A DNA stretch of 64,000 nucleotides, taken from NCBI GenBank assembly GCA_963815195.1, contig CAWFGE010000022.1, forward strand, positions 32,001 through 96,000, in the 5' to 3' direction. The notes under the pieces are model-generated. The model worked only from the letters and a program-made list of their open reading frames with translations. It was not told the DNA's origin and searched no databases. Position 1 is the first letter of the stretch; each line of letters opens with the position of its first letter. The DNA is from an uncultured Planctomycetaceae bacterium (GTDB taxonomy: Bacteria; Planctomycetota; Planctomycetia; Planctomycetales; Planctomycetaceae). The position numbers and the translations under genes were made by a program. Of this stretch, positions 1 to 9,705 are shown one piece after another.

Positions 1-2
1 TC

Positions 3-524
3 CGGCGGGCCGCGTGCAAAGCCGGCTGCCCCACGATCATTCTCGAAGCCGGCGAGCCTTATAAACTGGAGCCTTCCATTTTAGAAACCGGCGTGCGGGG
101 CATTCGCAATGTGCTCATCAATCTGGGAATGCTCGCAGGCCAGGTCATCCGTCCGCCTTACCAGGCCCACGTCCGCAAAACGACCTGGCTGCGGGCGGAA
201 GTCGGCGGGATCATCCGCTTTCACGTCCGCCTGGGCGAATTGGTCGAAGAGGGGCAGCCCATCGCCTCGAACTTCAGCATCTTAGGCGAGCAGCAAAGCA
301 CGATCCACAGCACGGACGACGGCGTCGTGTTGGGTTTGGCCACGATGCCTGCCATCAAGCCCGGCGAACCGATTTGCCACCTGGCGATCATCAGCCAGCG
401 GTTCAAAAGCATCCGCCAGGCGATCGAAGACATGAGCCCCAAACATCTGCACCAGCGCGTCCGCGACGACCTGGCGACGAACATCTCCGGCGTCGAAACC
501 CAGGGCAACGGCTCCGCCGATTGA
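3..524 (+). CDS. Succinylglutamate desuccinylase/aspartoacylase (AstE/AspA) family protein, 5'-truncated by window edge
   Basis: Frame is open from the window start (..CPTIILEAGEP..ETGVRGIRNVLINLGML). It has the C-terminal biotinyl-like hairpin (WLRAEVGGIIRFHVRLGELVEEGQ) typical of this family. Confidence 0.8.
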   Translation, partial: RRAACKAGCPTIILEAGEPYKLEPSILETGVRGIRNVLINLGMLAGQVIRPPYQAHVRKTTWLRAEVGGIIRFHVRLGELVEEGQPIASNFSILGEQQSTIHSTDDGVVLGLATMPAIKPGEPICHLAIISQRFKSIRQAIEDMSPKHLHQRVRDDLATNISGVETQGNGSAD

Positions 525-544
525 ACGCCCCCCGCCGCCGACCG

Positions 545-1210
545 TCAAATGGGCGGCAGCGTGCGATCGTTGGCAATGGTCGGCAGATGGATGTCCTCGA
601 TCGGGAGAAACTGCTGCATCTCCGGATCGAAGGCAAACACGTCGCCGGTTTCGAACTTATAGACCCAGCCGTGCAGCTTGAGTTCCCCCCGGCTCGTCGC
701 GGCCGCGACCGACGGATGCGTGCGCAGGTTCTCCAGTTGGACGAGAACGTTCTCTTCGACCGTCAGCGTCAAGCGCTTGTCCTCTTGGGTCAGATGCTGG
801 TAATTCTCTTCCACGATTCGGCGGGTGGCTTCGGCGTGTTGCAGATAGGCCCGCACCGCCGGCATTTTCTCAACGCTGGCGGGGTGCAACAGGCCCGACA
901 TCGCCCCGCAGTGGGAATGCCCGCACACGATCACATCCTTGACTTTGAGCGCAGCGACCGCGTACTCGATCGTGGCGGCTTCCCCGCCGTGAATTACCCC
1001 GTAAGGCGGAACGATATTCCCCGCCGTTCGCAAAATGAACAACTCGCCCGGCTTCGTCTGGGTGAGCCGATTGGGATCGATTCTCGAATCGGAACACGTA
1101 ATGAACAAGGCCATAGGTTGCTGCCCTTCCACGAGGGTTTCGAAAAGCTTCCGATTCGTGCTGAAGTATTCCTTTTGAAAATGATGGATTCCGTCAACGA
1201 GTCTCTGCAT
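545..1210 (-). CDS. can: Beta-class carbonic anhydrase
   Basis: Motifs [17 protein letters not shown] and CGHSHCGAM supply the Cys/His/Cys zinc ligands. Confidence 0.95.
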   Translation of the reverse strand: MQRLVDGIHHFQKEYFSTNRKLFETLVEGQQPMALFITCSDSRIDPNRLTQTKPGELFILRTAGNIVPPYGVIHGGEAATIEYAVAALKVKDVIVCGHSHCGAMSGLLHPASVEKMPAVRAYLQHAEATRRIVEENYQHLTQEDKRLTLTVEENVLVQLENLRTHPSVAAATSRGELKLHGWVYKFETGDVFAFDPEMQQFLPIEDIHLPTIANDRTLPPI

Positions 1211-1245
1211 CCGAGTGTTCCTGGTCTTGAGGTTGAGCTGATACC

Positions 1246-1278
1246 TGCAATTTTTTGCATGCCGTGCAGGTTTTTGCA
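1246..1278. promoter_or_regulatory. Two tandem TGCA-N6-TGCA palindromes in the divergent can/desaturase intergenic region (putative operator)
   Basis: TGCAATTTTTTGCA at 1246-1259 and TGCAGGTTTTTGCA at 1265-1278. Confidence 0.45.
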
Positions 1279-1452
1279 GGTTGATTATAGGAAGAGCCGT
1301 CCAGCATCGCCAGACGGGATTATCGTGACTGCGTAAAATATTCCGAAAATCCGGAGGATTCTCCGCCCGGTGTTCGCGGAGGTTCTCGACTTTCTTTGTG
1401 GATGATCAATCCACGCTATTTTGCGGGAAAGTCAGCGAGTCGGGGACGCAGC

Positions 1453-2550
1453 ATGTCATTCACACAACAAGAAACGGTCGAGTTCAGCCAGCGGGCGGTT
1501 TTCGCCGGGCTGGCGGTGTTTGTGGCGGACGCGTTTCTACTCGCCGGAGCCATCGCCGGAGCTTTGTATTTCAGGCATCCGGCGCTTCAGGCCGGGTGCG
1601 CGGCGGCGGCGGGGATTGTGATTGCGCTGTTGTTCGTGGTGGGTCATGATGCGGGGCACCAGTCTTTGACCCCTTATCGCTGGCTGAACAACGTGGTGGG
1701 CCGGTTGGCGATTCTTCCCGCGCTCCATCCTTATAGTCTGTGGATCCTTGTGCACAACCACACTCATCACCGGTGGACGAACCTGAGCCCCAAAGACTAT
1801 GTGTGGACGCCGCTCACGCTGGAAGAATATCAAGCGTTGCCCAGAGGCCGGCAGTTGTTGTACCGGGCCTACCGCAGTTGGGCCGGCATCTTCATTTATT
1901 ACTTTTTGGAGTTTTGGGTCAAGCGGATCATGTTCCCGTCCCGCAAAGAAGTCCGCGGGACGTACAAGCCCGCGTACATTCTGGACATTCTGTTCGTCCT
2001 GGCGTGTGCCGCGGGTTTTGTGGCGTTTTTGGTCGTGGGGGCCCGGGAAGGCTGGTTCCACGGTCCGCGGCCGGTGTGGAACTCGCTGCTGTTTGGGGCG
2101 GTGATCCCGTTTGCCGTGTGGAACACGATCATGTCGTTCGTGATTTTTCTGCATCACACGCATCCCGACTTGACGTGGTATCACGATGAAGCGGAATGGA
2201 AGCGGCTCGCGTCGCAGGCTCATTCCGCCGTGCACGTCATCTTTCCCGGCCCGGTGAATCTGATGTTCCATTGGATCATGGAGCACAACGCCCACCATGC
2301 CCGGCCTTCGATTCCCTTGTATCGCTTGCGGCAGGCGCAAAAGGTCCTCGAGAAAAATGACGACGGCAACATCATCGTGTTTCACTGGACGCCCTGGGCC
2401 CATTTGGACGTCGCCCGCCGCTGCAAACTTTACGACTATGAAGCCAAACGCTGGCAGGACTTCGACGGCCATTACACGTCCGGCGGCGTTTCCTCAACGG
2501 AAACCGCAGAGAACGCTCGGGCCCTGAGTGCCGCCGGGCGTCCCCAATGA
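1453..2550 (+). CDS. Membrane-bound fatty acid desaturase
   Basis: Three His boxes (HDAGH, HNHTHH, HNAHH) and several hydrophobic segments. ATG at 1453 chosen as start. Confidence 0.9.
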   Translation: MSFTQQETVEFSQRAVFAGLAVFVADAFLLAGAIAGALYFRHPALQAGCAAAAGIVIALLFVVGHDAGHQSLTPYRWLNNVVGRLAILPALHPYSLWILVHNHTHHRWTNLSPKDYVWTPLTLEEYQALPRGRQLLYRAYRSWAGIFIYYFLEFWVKRIMFPSRKEVRGTYKPAYILDILFVLACAAGFVAFLVVGAREGWFHGPRPVWNSLLFGAVIPFAVWNTIMSFVIFLHHTHPDLTWYHDEAEWKRLASQAHSAVHVIFPGPVNLMFHWIMEHNAHHARPSIPLYRLRQAQKVLEKNDDGNIIVFHWTPWAHLDVARRCKLYDYEAKRWQDFDGHYTSGGVSSTETAENARALSAAGRPQ

Positions 2551-2612
2551 CGCCGAGCCGCCAAAGTAAGCGGGAGACCCCGCGTCAAACCCATAAACTT
2601 GGGGTTAGAAGA

Positions 2613-2718
2613 ATTAGCCGCAGGGCGCTAGCCCCGGTTCTTCCACGAAGGTTTTATCACGAACCGGGGCTAGCGCCCTGAGGCTAATAGGAACCGGCGG
2701 CTATCGCCGAGCCGCTCA
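2613..2718. repeat. REP-like inverted pair (family A) plus one family B copy between convergent genes
   Basis: ATTAGCCGCAGGGCGCTAGCCCCGGTTC (2613-2640) is inverted at 2661-2688. GAACCGGCGGCTATCGCCGAGCCGCTCA follows at 2691-2718. Confidence 0.85.
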
Positions 2719-2719
2719 G

Positions 2720-3442
2720 TCAAGCCGCGTCGCGTTTTCGGCCGGCCGCCGGCTGTTTCGGTTGGGGGAACGGGAGAATGTGCGGCGCTTCGTCTTCCGC
2801 GGGCTTGGGCAGGATCCGGCGGGCGTAAACGAGTTCCAAAAACTCGGGAAACACGGCCCAGCTTCGCGGCTGGCGGTTCCACAAGAGCGCCAATTGATGG
2901 AAAAACTCCATCTCGAATTTTGCCACCGCAAGCGCGGGCAGCAATTCCAGCGAGTCAAAATCCTCCGGCTCCCAACTTCGCGGGCACAACTCATAAGCCG
3001 GATGCGGGTTCGGCTGCCGGCCCCGCGGCGGCACATCGTAAATCACCGCCAACTCGTTGGTTTCGTTGAACTTGGCCGGGAAGACCTGGCACGCGGACGG
3101 CCGGTCCTCATAAATCCCGCAGTGAGCCGTGCCCAAAGGCGATTCCGCGGTGGGCGGTTCTTCCACCAAGAATCGGCAGCGCGAGGTTTCCGGAAACAAG
3201 GAACTCGCCGCGTGCATCAGACACAACACGAACGGCGTTTGCGGGTCGTCCGGAAAATAAAAATGCGGAGCGTAATTCCGCGCGATGTTGCCTTCGGGAT
3301 CTTCCCATCGGCACATAAAATCCCAAAAGCTCAGGTTGTAAGCCCGCTGAATCCGCAGGATGTCGGCCCCCGTCACCGGAACGGCGAACGAGCGGCAACA
3401 ACCCGCGTGGCAGCCTTCGCATGGACTCATGGAATCGCGCAT
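2720..3442 (-). CDS. YkgJ-family cysteine-cluster (CxxCxxCC) protein
   Basis: Motifs CEGCHAGCC, CRFL and CGIYEDRPSACQVFP. Confidence 0.85.
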   Translation of the reverse strand: MRDSMSPCEGCHAGCCRSFAVPVTGADILRIQRAYNLSFWDFMCRWEDPEGNIARNYAPHFYFPDDPQTPFVLCLMHAASSLFPETSRCRFLVEEPPTAESPLGTAHCGIYEDRPSACQVFPAKFNETNELAVIYDVPPRGRQPNPHPAYELCPRSWEPEDFDSLELLPALAVAKFEMEFFHQLALLWNRQPRSWAVFPEFLELVYARRILPKPAEDEAPHILPFPQPKQPAAGRKRDAA

Positions 3443-3773
3443 TCATCCGGAGAATATCTTGAAACAAAAACACCTCAGAGGGCGCGGGGCGTTTTCTGTT
3501 TATCGGATTTTTCCGCACAATCGCTTCAATCCAACTCTGGAAAGACGGGCATTTTGGGGAGTGCCCCTACAAAGCGATTTGGCGGCATTGCACAAGAATC
3601 GCGCTTGGGACCCTTTTCAAAGGGGAAATGAGCAGGCAAAATAATAGTAGTTGTTTATGGAATGTTCTGATCCTTGTGGGAGGGAAGTCGTCGACTCGCA
3701 AATGGAACATTTCGTGGCGAAGTTGAGCGGTGCGCCGTTCCCGTTTCCTCGTCCTTTTTAGGAGCTGATCGCA

Positions 3774-4751
3774 ATGCACGACCCCAACAAATCCTCCTGT
3801 CCCGATTGCCAAGGCGATTTTACCCGCCGAGAGTTTGTGCAAGTTTTGGGAGGCACCGCGCTCGCCGCCGGCGCGTTGCCCCGGCTCGTCTCCGCCGCCC
3901 CCAAATCCGACAGCCCGGCCGAGACCTCGGTCGGCAAGTTGTTCAAAACCTTGAGCGATGACCAGAAGAAAGAAATCTGCTTCCCCTTCGATCACCAGCG
4001 GCGGCGGACGATCAACGCGAACTGGCATGTGACCAAGCCGGGCATCGGCACGAACTTCTACACCAAAGACCAACAAGCGTTGATCCACGAGATCGTCAAA
4101 GGCGTGACGACCGAAGACGGCTACGAACGCTTCCTCAAGCAAATGGAAGCGGACAACGGCGGGATTCGCAACTACAGCGTGGGCATCTTCGGCGAGCCGG
4201 GCAGCGGCAACTTCGAGTTCATGCTCACGGGCCGGCACCTCACGCTCCGCTCCGACGGCGACTGCGTGGAAAACGCCGCGTTCGGCGGCGGCATCGTCTA
4301 TGGCCACGGCGAAAGCGATCCCAAGAAAAACCTGTTCCACTATCAAACCAAAAAAGCGAACGAGGTCTTCCACGCGCTCGACGAAGCCCAGCGCAAACAA
4401 GCCCTCCTCGAAAAGAAACCCAAGAACGAAGCCGACGTGCAACTCCAAGGCGAAAGAGGCCACTTCAAGGGCCTTGCCGTGGGCGAGTTGTCGTCCGATC
4501 AGAAAGAACTTGTGGAAAGCGTCATCAAGATCATCCTCGCGCCTTACCGCAAGGACGACGTGGAAGAATCCATGGCCCTGCTCAAAGCCGGCGGCGGTCT
4601 CGACGCTTTGCACTTGTCCTTCTATCAAGAAGGCGACTTGGACAACGACCAGGTTTGGGACATCTGGCGGGTCGAAGGCCCGACGTTCGTCTCGTACTTC
4701 CGCGGCGCGCCGCATGTGCACGCCTACGTCAATATCGGAAAAAAAGCCTGA
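3774..4751 (+). CDS. DUF3500-family protein, Tat-exported
   Basis: Twin-arginine signal TRREFVQVLG. The GRHLTLR and WRVEGPTFVSYFRGAPHVH motifs resemble DUF3500. Confidence 0.75.
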   Translation: MHDPNKSSCPDCQGDFTRREFVQVLGGTALAAGALPRLVSAAPKSDSPAETSVGKLFKTLSDDQKKEICFPFDHQRRRTINANWHVTKPGIGTNFYTKDQQALIHEIVKGVTTEDGYERFLKQMEADNGGIRNYSVGIFGEPGSGNFEFMLTGRHLTLRSDGDCVENAAFGGGIVYGHGESDPKKNLFHYQTKKANEVFHALDEAQRKQALLEKKPKNEADVQLQGERGHFKGLAVGELSSDQKELVESVIKIILAPYRKDDVEESMALLKAGGGLDALHLSFYQEGDLDNDQVWDIWRVEGPTFVSYFRGAPHVHAYVNIGKKA

Positions 4752-4779
4752 TCGCGCTTCGTCGCAAAATCTGAGTTGG

Positions 4780-4877
4780 CCCTGCTCCTCTCGGGAAAAA
4801 GGTGGCCAAAGGCCGGATGAGGGGGCTCGATCGAAGTCGCGCCCCCTCACCCCAGCCTCTCCCCCACGGGAGAGGGG
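4780..4877. repeat. Imperfect inverted repeat of the CCCTCTCCC..GGGAGAGGG intergenic type
   Basis: CCCTGCTCCTCTCGGGAAAAAGG..GGATGAGGGG is paired with CCCCTCACCCCAGCCTCTCCCCCACGGGAGAGGGG. Confidence 0.6.
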
Positions 4878-5113
4878 ACAAATCACACCACGAATTTGAA
4901 CTCCAGCCGTCGCTCTCACCCGCTGGCCTGGAGAATCACGCCCGACTTCCCGCACGCCCCTTGGGTGTTGCCGAAAACACGCCAATTCATACAACCCGCA
5001 CATACCCTGGCAAAAGGCGCATGGGGAGGCGATTCGCCTTTGCCTGAGGGGAAGGGTTAGTCCATCCTAACTTGCATTCCCCACCGTTTCCTACGCCAAC
5101 ATAGAGGGCCAAG

Positions 5114-6337
5114 ATGAAAGCGATTCTCACCTTGCTCGCCGTGGCTTCATCGCTCGGCTTGGGATTGGGGGTCTACAGCTATTCGACCGAACTGGCCGAC
5201 AAGGCTGTGCCTCCCGTGACCCGGCAGCCCGTCTCGGTGGAAGTCATGGTCTCGGATCAGAGGCCGATTGAAGACCGCGCGAAGTTGGTGGGCAGCTTGA
5301 CCGCCGGGGCGGAAGTGCAGGTGCTCGCGCCCCGCAACGGGTACATTATGAAACTGCCGTTCGACGTGGGCGATCCGATCGGGCGGGGCGACGTGATCGT
5401 CGAGTTGGACGACCGCGAGCAGCAGGAACTGGTCGCCGGGGCGAGAGCGGCCTTGTCCGTCGCGGAGGCCCAGAAGAAGGCCTCGCTTGCCCAGGAGCAA
5501 ATGGCCCTCAAGGAATTGGACCGCCAACGCCGCCTGGCCGAGCGCGAGGCCGCGACCCGGCAGAATCTTGAACAGGCGGAGTCCCAATGGAACATCGCGG
5601 TCGCCCAGCGGGAATTGGAAGAAGCCCGCGTCAAGCAGGCCCAAACGGAAGTGGACCGAAATCTTCTGACTTTGAACGACAGCAAAATCGTGGCTCCGAT
5701 TTCGGGATTCGTCGGCGCGCGGTTTGTCGACGTGGGCGATCTGGCCAAACCCGACGTGCCGCTTTTGCAGATCGTGACCTTCGACATGGTTCGCACGGTG
5801 GTCCATGTCGTGGAGAAGGATTACCCCCGCGTGAAAGTCGGCCAGCATGCGACGATCGAAGTCGATGCCTTCCCGCGGACCGAGTTTCTGGGGACCGTCA
5901 TCCGCAAAGCTCCGGTGCTCAATCCCAACACGCGGACCTCGGCGGTGCAGATCGAGATCCCCAACAAAGACAGGCTCCTCAAGCCGGGCATGCACGCCCG
6001 CGTGCTCTTGGTGTTCGAGCGGAAAGAAGCGATCGTGCTCCCCGTCGCGGCTTTGGTCGAGCAAAGTGATGACCCCTCCGTTTATGTCGTCGAAAACGAT
6101 CCCCCCACGATCCGCCTGCAGAAAGTCAAAACGGGCATCAACGACGGAGAATTCGTGGAGATCCTGTCGGGAATCTCGCCGACCGATCACGTCGTCACCT
6201 TGGGAAACCGCCTGGTCAAAGCGGGGCAGGTCGTCAAGACCGTCGAAATCCCCTGGGCCAAGCCGATCCCCGGCGACATTCAAACCGCCCAAAAAGATCC
6301 CGCACCCAAAATCGACCCGGCGGCCACGGGAGAATAG
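5114..6337 (+). CDS. RND efflux periplasmic adaptor (MFP) subunit
   Basis: N-terminal anchor, lipoyl half-motifs (GDPIGRGDVIVELD, IVAPISGFV), coiled-coil hairpin and LKPGM motif. Confidence 0.92.
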   Translation: MKAILTLLAVASSLGLGLGVYSYSTELADKAVPPVTRQPVSVEVMVSDQRPIEDRAKLVGSLTAGAEVQVLAPRNGYIMKLPFDVGDPIGRGDVIVELDDREQQELVAGARAALSVAEAQKKASLAQEQMALKELDRQRRLAEREAATRQNLEQAESQWNIAVAQRELEEARVKQAQTEVDRNLLTLNDSKIVAPISGFVGARFVDVGDLAKPDVPLLQIVTFDMVRTVVHVVEKDYPRVKVGQHATIEVDAFPRTEFLGTVIRKAPVLNPNTRTSAVQIEIPNKDRLLKPGMHARVLLVFERKEAIVLPVAALVEQSDDPSVYVVENDPPTIRLQKVKTGINDGEFVEILSGISPTDHVVTLGNRLVKAGQVVKTVEIPWAKPIPGDIQTAQKDPAPKIDPAATGE

Positions 6338-6447
6338 TTTCAACTAAAAAACAGGTTTCGCGTTTCAAGTTATGGCGAGCCAAGCCGCGTAAACGGCCAG
6401 ATAAAAACAATTGGTCATGGGTGCTTGGTCATTGGGATTTCTCTTAA

Positions 6448-9400
6448 ATGTTTCTCACGCGATTGGCTGTTCATCGCCCGGTGACGACATTGATGGCTTG
6501 CCTGATCGTGGCCATCCTGGGCACCGATGCGCTCACGAAGCTCTCCATCGATTTGATGCCCGACGTGACGCTCCCCGTGGTCAGCATCACCACGGTCTAT
6601 GAAGGCGCGTCTCCCCAAGAAGTCGAGACCGTTTTGACCCGGCCGCTCGAGCAAGCCTTGGGCGCGGTGCAAGGCGTGGAACGCCTCACCAGCACGAGCC
6701 TCGAGGGAAGCAGTGTCATCCGGGCCCAGTTCGCCTGGGGCACGAACCTGGATTCCGCGATGGCCGACATGCGGGCCCGCATCGAACGCATCCGCGAGTT
6801 CCTGCCGGACCAGATCGAATCGCCTTACATCGAACGCTACGACGTGGCGGATTTTCCGTTTATCTACCTGGCACTCGAAAGCGAGTTGGAGCCCGTCAAA
6901 CTCACGCAATACGCCGAGCAGACGATCATCCCCCGGCTCGAGCGCGTCGACGGAGTCGCGGCGGTGCGGCTTCGCGGCGGGGTCCGGCGGGAAATCCAGG
7001 TCGCCTTGGACCGGGGCAAGCTGGAGACGCTCAACCTCGGCGTGAACGAGGTCGTCACCGTGCTCCAGCAGGAAAACGTCAACCAGCCGGCGGGGTATTT
7101 CCGCTCCGGCCATCTCAATCTCTTGATCCGCAGCCAAGGCCAGTTTGAAGACTTGAACCAAATCGCAGGCACCGTCATCCGCCAGGAAAACGGAGCCCTG
7201 GTCCGGCTCAGGGACGTGGCCGACATCGTGGACGGACACGAAGAGATCACCGAACTCACCCGCATCAACGGCAAAGCGGGCACGATGATCTACATCAACA
7301 AGCAGTCCGGGGCGAACATGGTCGGCGTGAGCGACCGCGTGCGGGAAACCATCGACGAACTCAACGGCCAACTCACCCGGGGCCAGCTCAGCGTCCGCAT
7401 CGACAACGCCGACTTCATTCGCCAGGTGATGTCCAACCTCAAGACGTCGAGCTTCTACGGCATGGGGCTGGCGGTGCTCGTGCTGATTGTGTTTCTGCAG
7501 AGCTTTCGCAGCACGCTGGTCATTTCGATCACGATGCCGCTGTCGATCCTGGCGACCTTTATTCTGATTTTCTTCCAAGGCTTTACGCTGAACATCGTCT
7601 CGTTCGGCGGGTTGGCTTTGGGGATCGGAATGCTCGTCGACAACTCGATCGTGGTTCTGGAAAGCATCTTCCGCAAACGCGACGAAGGCCTCGCTCCCAA
7701 GGAAGCGGCGATCGAAGGCACCCGCGAAGTGTCCTCGGCGATTATCGCCAGCACTTTGACGACGCTGATCGTGTTTTTGCCGCTGTTGTTCATTGTGGGC
7801 ATGACGGGGATCATGCTGAACCAGTTGGCCTGGGTGGTGTCGTTCTCGCTGTTGTGCTCGTTGTTTGCAAGCCTGACGTTGACGCCGATGCTGAGCGCCT
7901 ATTGGCTGGGCGAAACCGAGCAGGAAACGCTCACGTCGTCCAAAAGCTGGGGCTGGGTAAGGCGGATGCACCGGCTGACCTACGCGGTGTTTTCGGGATT
8001 CGAGCGGGCGTATGTGCGGGTGCTCAGGGGTTGCCTCCGCTGGCCGGGGTTTGTGGGTTTCCTGTTGCTGGCGGGCTTTTGTGCGGCGATGGGGCTGTAT
8101 CCTCTCGTCGGCACCGAGCTGATGCCCAAGACCGACGAAGGCAGCCTGCGGATCGACACGCAGATGGCGGCGGGCATTCAACTCCATGAACTCAGCCAGA
8201 AAGCCGCCGTCGTGGAGCAAGCCTTGAAGGACAATGTGCCCGAAGCGAGCACGTGGGTGTCGTTCATCGGCGACGGCAAAAGCGAAGCCGACGATTGGAA
8301 CGAGGCCCGCTTCCGGATCCGGCTGAAACCCAAATCGGAACGCCAGCGCGAAGCGGCCGAGATCAGCAAACAGCTCGCCAAGAAAATCGGAGCGCTGGCC
8401 GGGATGAAAGTCCGCGTGCAGGCTTCGAACGAAATGCGGGTGTTCCGCATGATGTCCTACCGCACGGGAACGCAAAGCGACATCGAAGTCGAAGTCCGCG
8501 GGCACGATCTGGAGACCGGCGAGCAACTGGCCCGCGCGGTGAGCGAGGTCATGAAAGAAGTCCCGGGCCTCTCCAACGTCGAAGTCCAACTCGAGCAGCG
8601 CCGGCCGGAATTGGTCACCACCGTGGACCGCTCGAAGGCCAGCATGCTCGGCGTGAACGTCGCCAGCATCACCCAGGCCTTGGAAACCAACGTCCGCGGC
8701 ACCGAGGCCACCGTGTTCCGCGAAGCGGGCGATGAATTCAACATCCGCGTCTGGCTCCGCGAAGACGACCGCAACCGCATGAGCGACGTCGAGTACGTCG
8801 GCGTGCCCACGGGAATCGGGCAGGTGGTGGCGCTCAAAAACCTGGTCAAGTTCAAACAGGCGGACACGCCCGTGAGCATCGACCGCCGGGACCAGCAGCG
8901 GTTCATCGGCGTCTCGGCGGACATCGTGGACCGCGACCTGGGCAGCACGGTGCGCGACCTGCAACAACGCCTCAAATCGCTGCCGATGCCCGAGGGCTTT
9001 TCGCTCAACGTCGCCGGCGACTGGGAGCAGCAGCAGGACAGCTTTGAAGCCCTGAAAATGGGGTTCTTGATGGCGATCATCCTCATGTATATGGTGATGG
9101 CTTCGCAGTTCGAGTCGCTGCTCCATCCGCTGTTGATTTTGTTTTCCGTCCCCTTGGGAGCCATCGGCGTGATGCTGATGCTGGTGCTCAGCGGGACCAC
9201 GCTCAACGTGCAATCCTTCATCGGCGTGGTCATGCTCGCGGGGATCGTGGTCAACAACGCCATCGTGTTGATCGATTACGCAAACCAATTGCGGGAACAC
9301 GAGCCGGACGCCGACTTGAAGGAGATCATCCTCAAAGCCGCCAGCCGGCGGTTCCGGCCAATTCTGATGACGACGCTGACCACGGTGCTGGCCATGCTGC

Positions 9401-9564
9401 CTCTGGCGCTCGGTTTGGGGGAAGGCAGCGAACTGCAGGCCCCGATGGCCCGCGTGGTGATCGGCGGATTGACCTCGGGCACGCTGATTACCCTGGTGGC
9501 GATCCCTCTGCTATACCACGCCTGCGAAAGCCGCCGCCGAAAGCCCACGGCTGCCAGGTCGTGA
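6448..9564 (+). CDS. RND efflux permease (AcrB/AcrD/AcrF family)
   Basis: 1038 aa with YEGASPQEVE, GMLVDNSIVVLE, GIVVNNAIVLID and RFRPILMTTLTT. Confidence 0.95.
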   Translation: MFLTRLAVHRPVTTLMACLIVAILGTDALTKLSIDLMPDVTLPVVSITTVYEGASPQEVETVLTRPLEQALGAVQGVERLTSTSLEGSSVIRAQFAWGTNLDSAMADMRARIERIREFLPDQIESPYIERYDVADFPFIYLALESELEPVKLTQYAEQTIIPRLERVDGVAAVRLRGGVRREIQVALDRGKLETLNLGVNEVVTVLQQENVNQPAGYFRSGHLNLLIRSQGQFEDLNQIAGTVIRQENGALVRLRDVADIVDGHEEITELTRINGKAGTMIYINKQSGANMVGVSDRVRETIDELNGQLTRGQLSVRIDNADFIRQVMSNLKTSSFYGMGLAVLVLIVFLQSFRSTLVISITMPLSILATFILIFFQGFTLNIVSFGGLALGIGMLVDNSIVVLESIFRKRDEGLAPKEAAIEGTREVSSAIIASTLTTLIVFLPLLFIVGMTGIMLNQLAWVVSFSLLCSLFASLTLTPMLSAYWLGETEQETLTSSKSWGWVRRMHRLTYAVFSGFERAYVRVLRGCLRWPGFVGFLLLAGFCAAMGLYPLVGTELMPKTDEGSLRIDTQMAAGIQLHELSQKAAVVEQALKDNVPEASTWVSFIGDGKSEADDWNEARFRIRLKPKSERQREAAEISKQLAKKIGALAGMKVRVQASNEMRVFRMMSYRTGTQSDIEVEVRGHDLETGEQLARAVSEVMKEVPGLSNVEVQLEQRRPELVTTVDRSKASMLGVNVASITQALETNVRGTEATVFREAGDEFNIRVWLREDDRNRMSDVEYVGVPTGIGQVVALKNLVKFKQADTPVSIDRRDQQRFIGVSADIVDRDLGSTVRDLQQRLKSLPMPEGFSLNVAGDWEQQQDSFEALKMGFLMAIILMYMVMASQFESLLHPLLILFSVPLGAIGVMLMLVLSGTTLNVQSFIGVVMLAGIVVNNAIVLIDYANQLREHEPDADLKEIILKAASRRFRPILMTTLTTVLAMLPLALGLGEGSELQAPMARVVIGGLTSGTLITLVAIPLLYHACESRRRKPTAARS

Positions 9565-9705
9565 CAGGCTATTGATGAAAGACCGCAAACGACGCCGGAG
9601 TACGCCGCGGACTCTGCCAGTGTGACTGAAGTCCGAAAGGGGAACGCTTTCCACCGCCCTCACCTCAAAGCATTGCCACACGGGCGGCTTTCTCACGTGT
9701 GGTTC

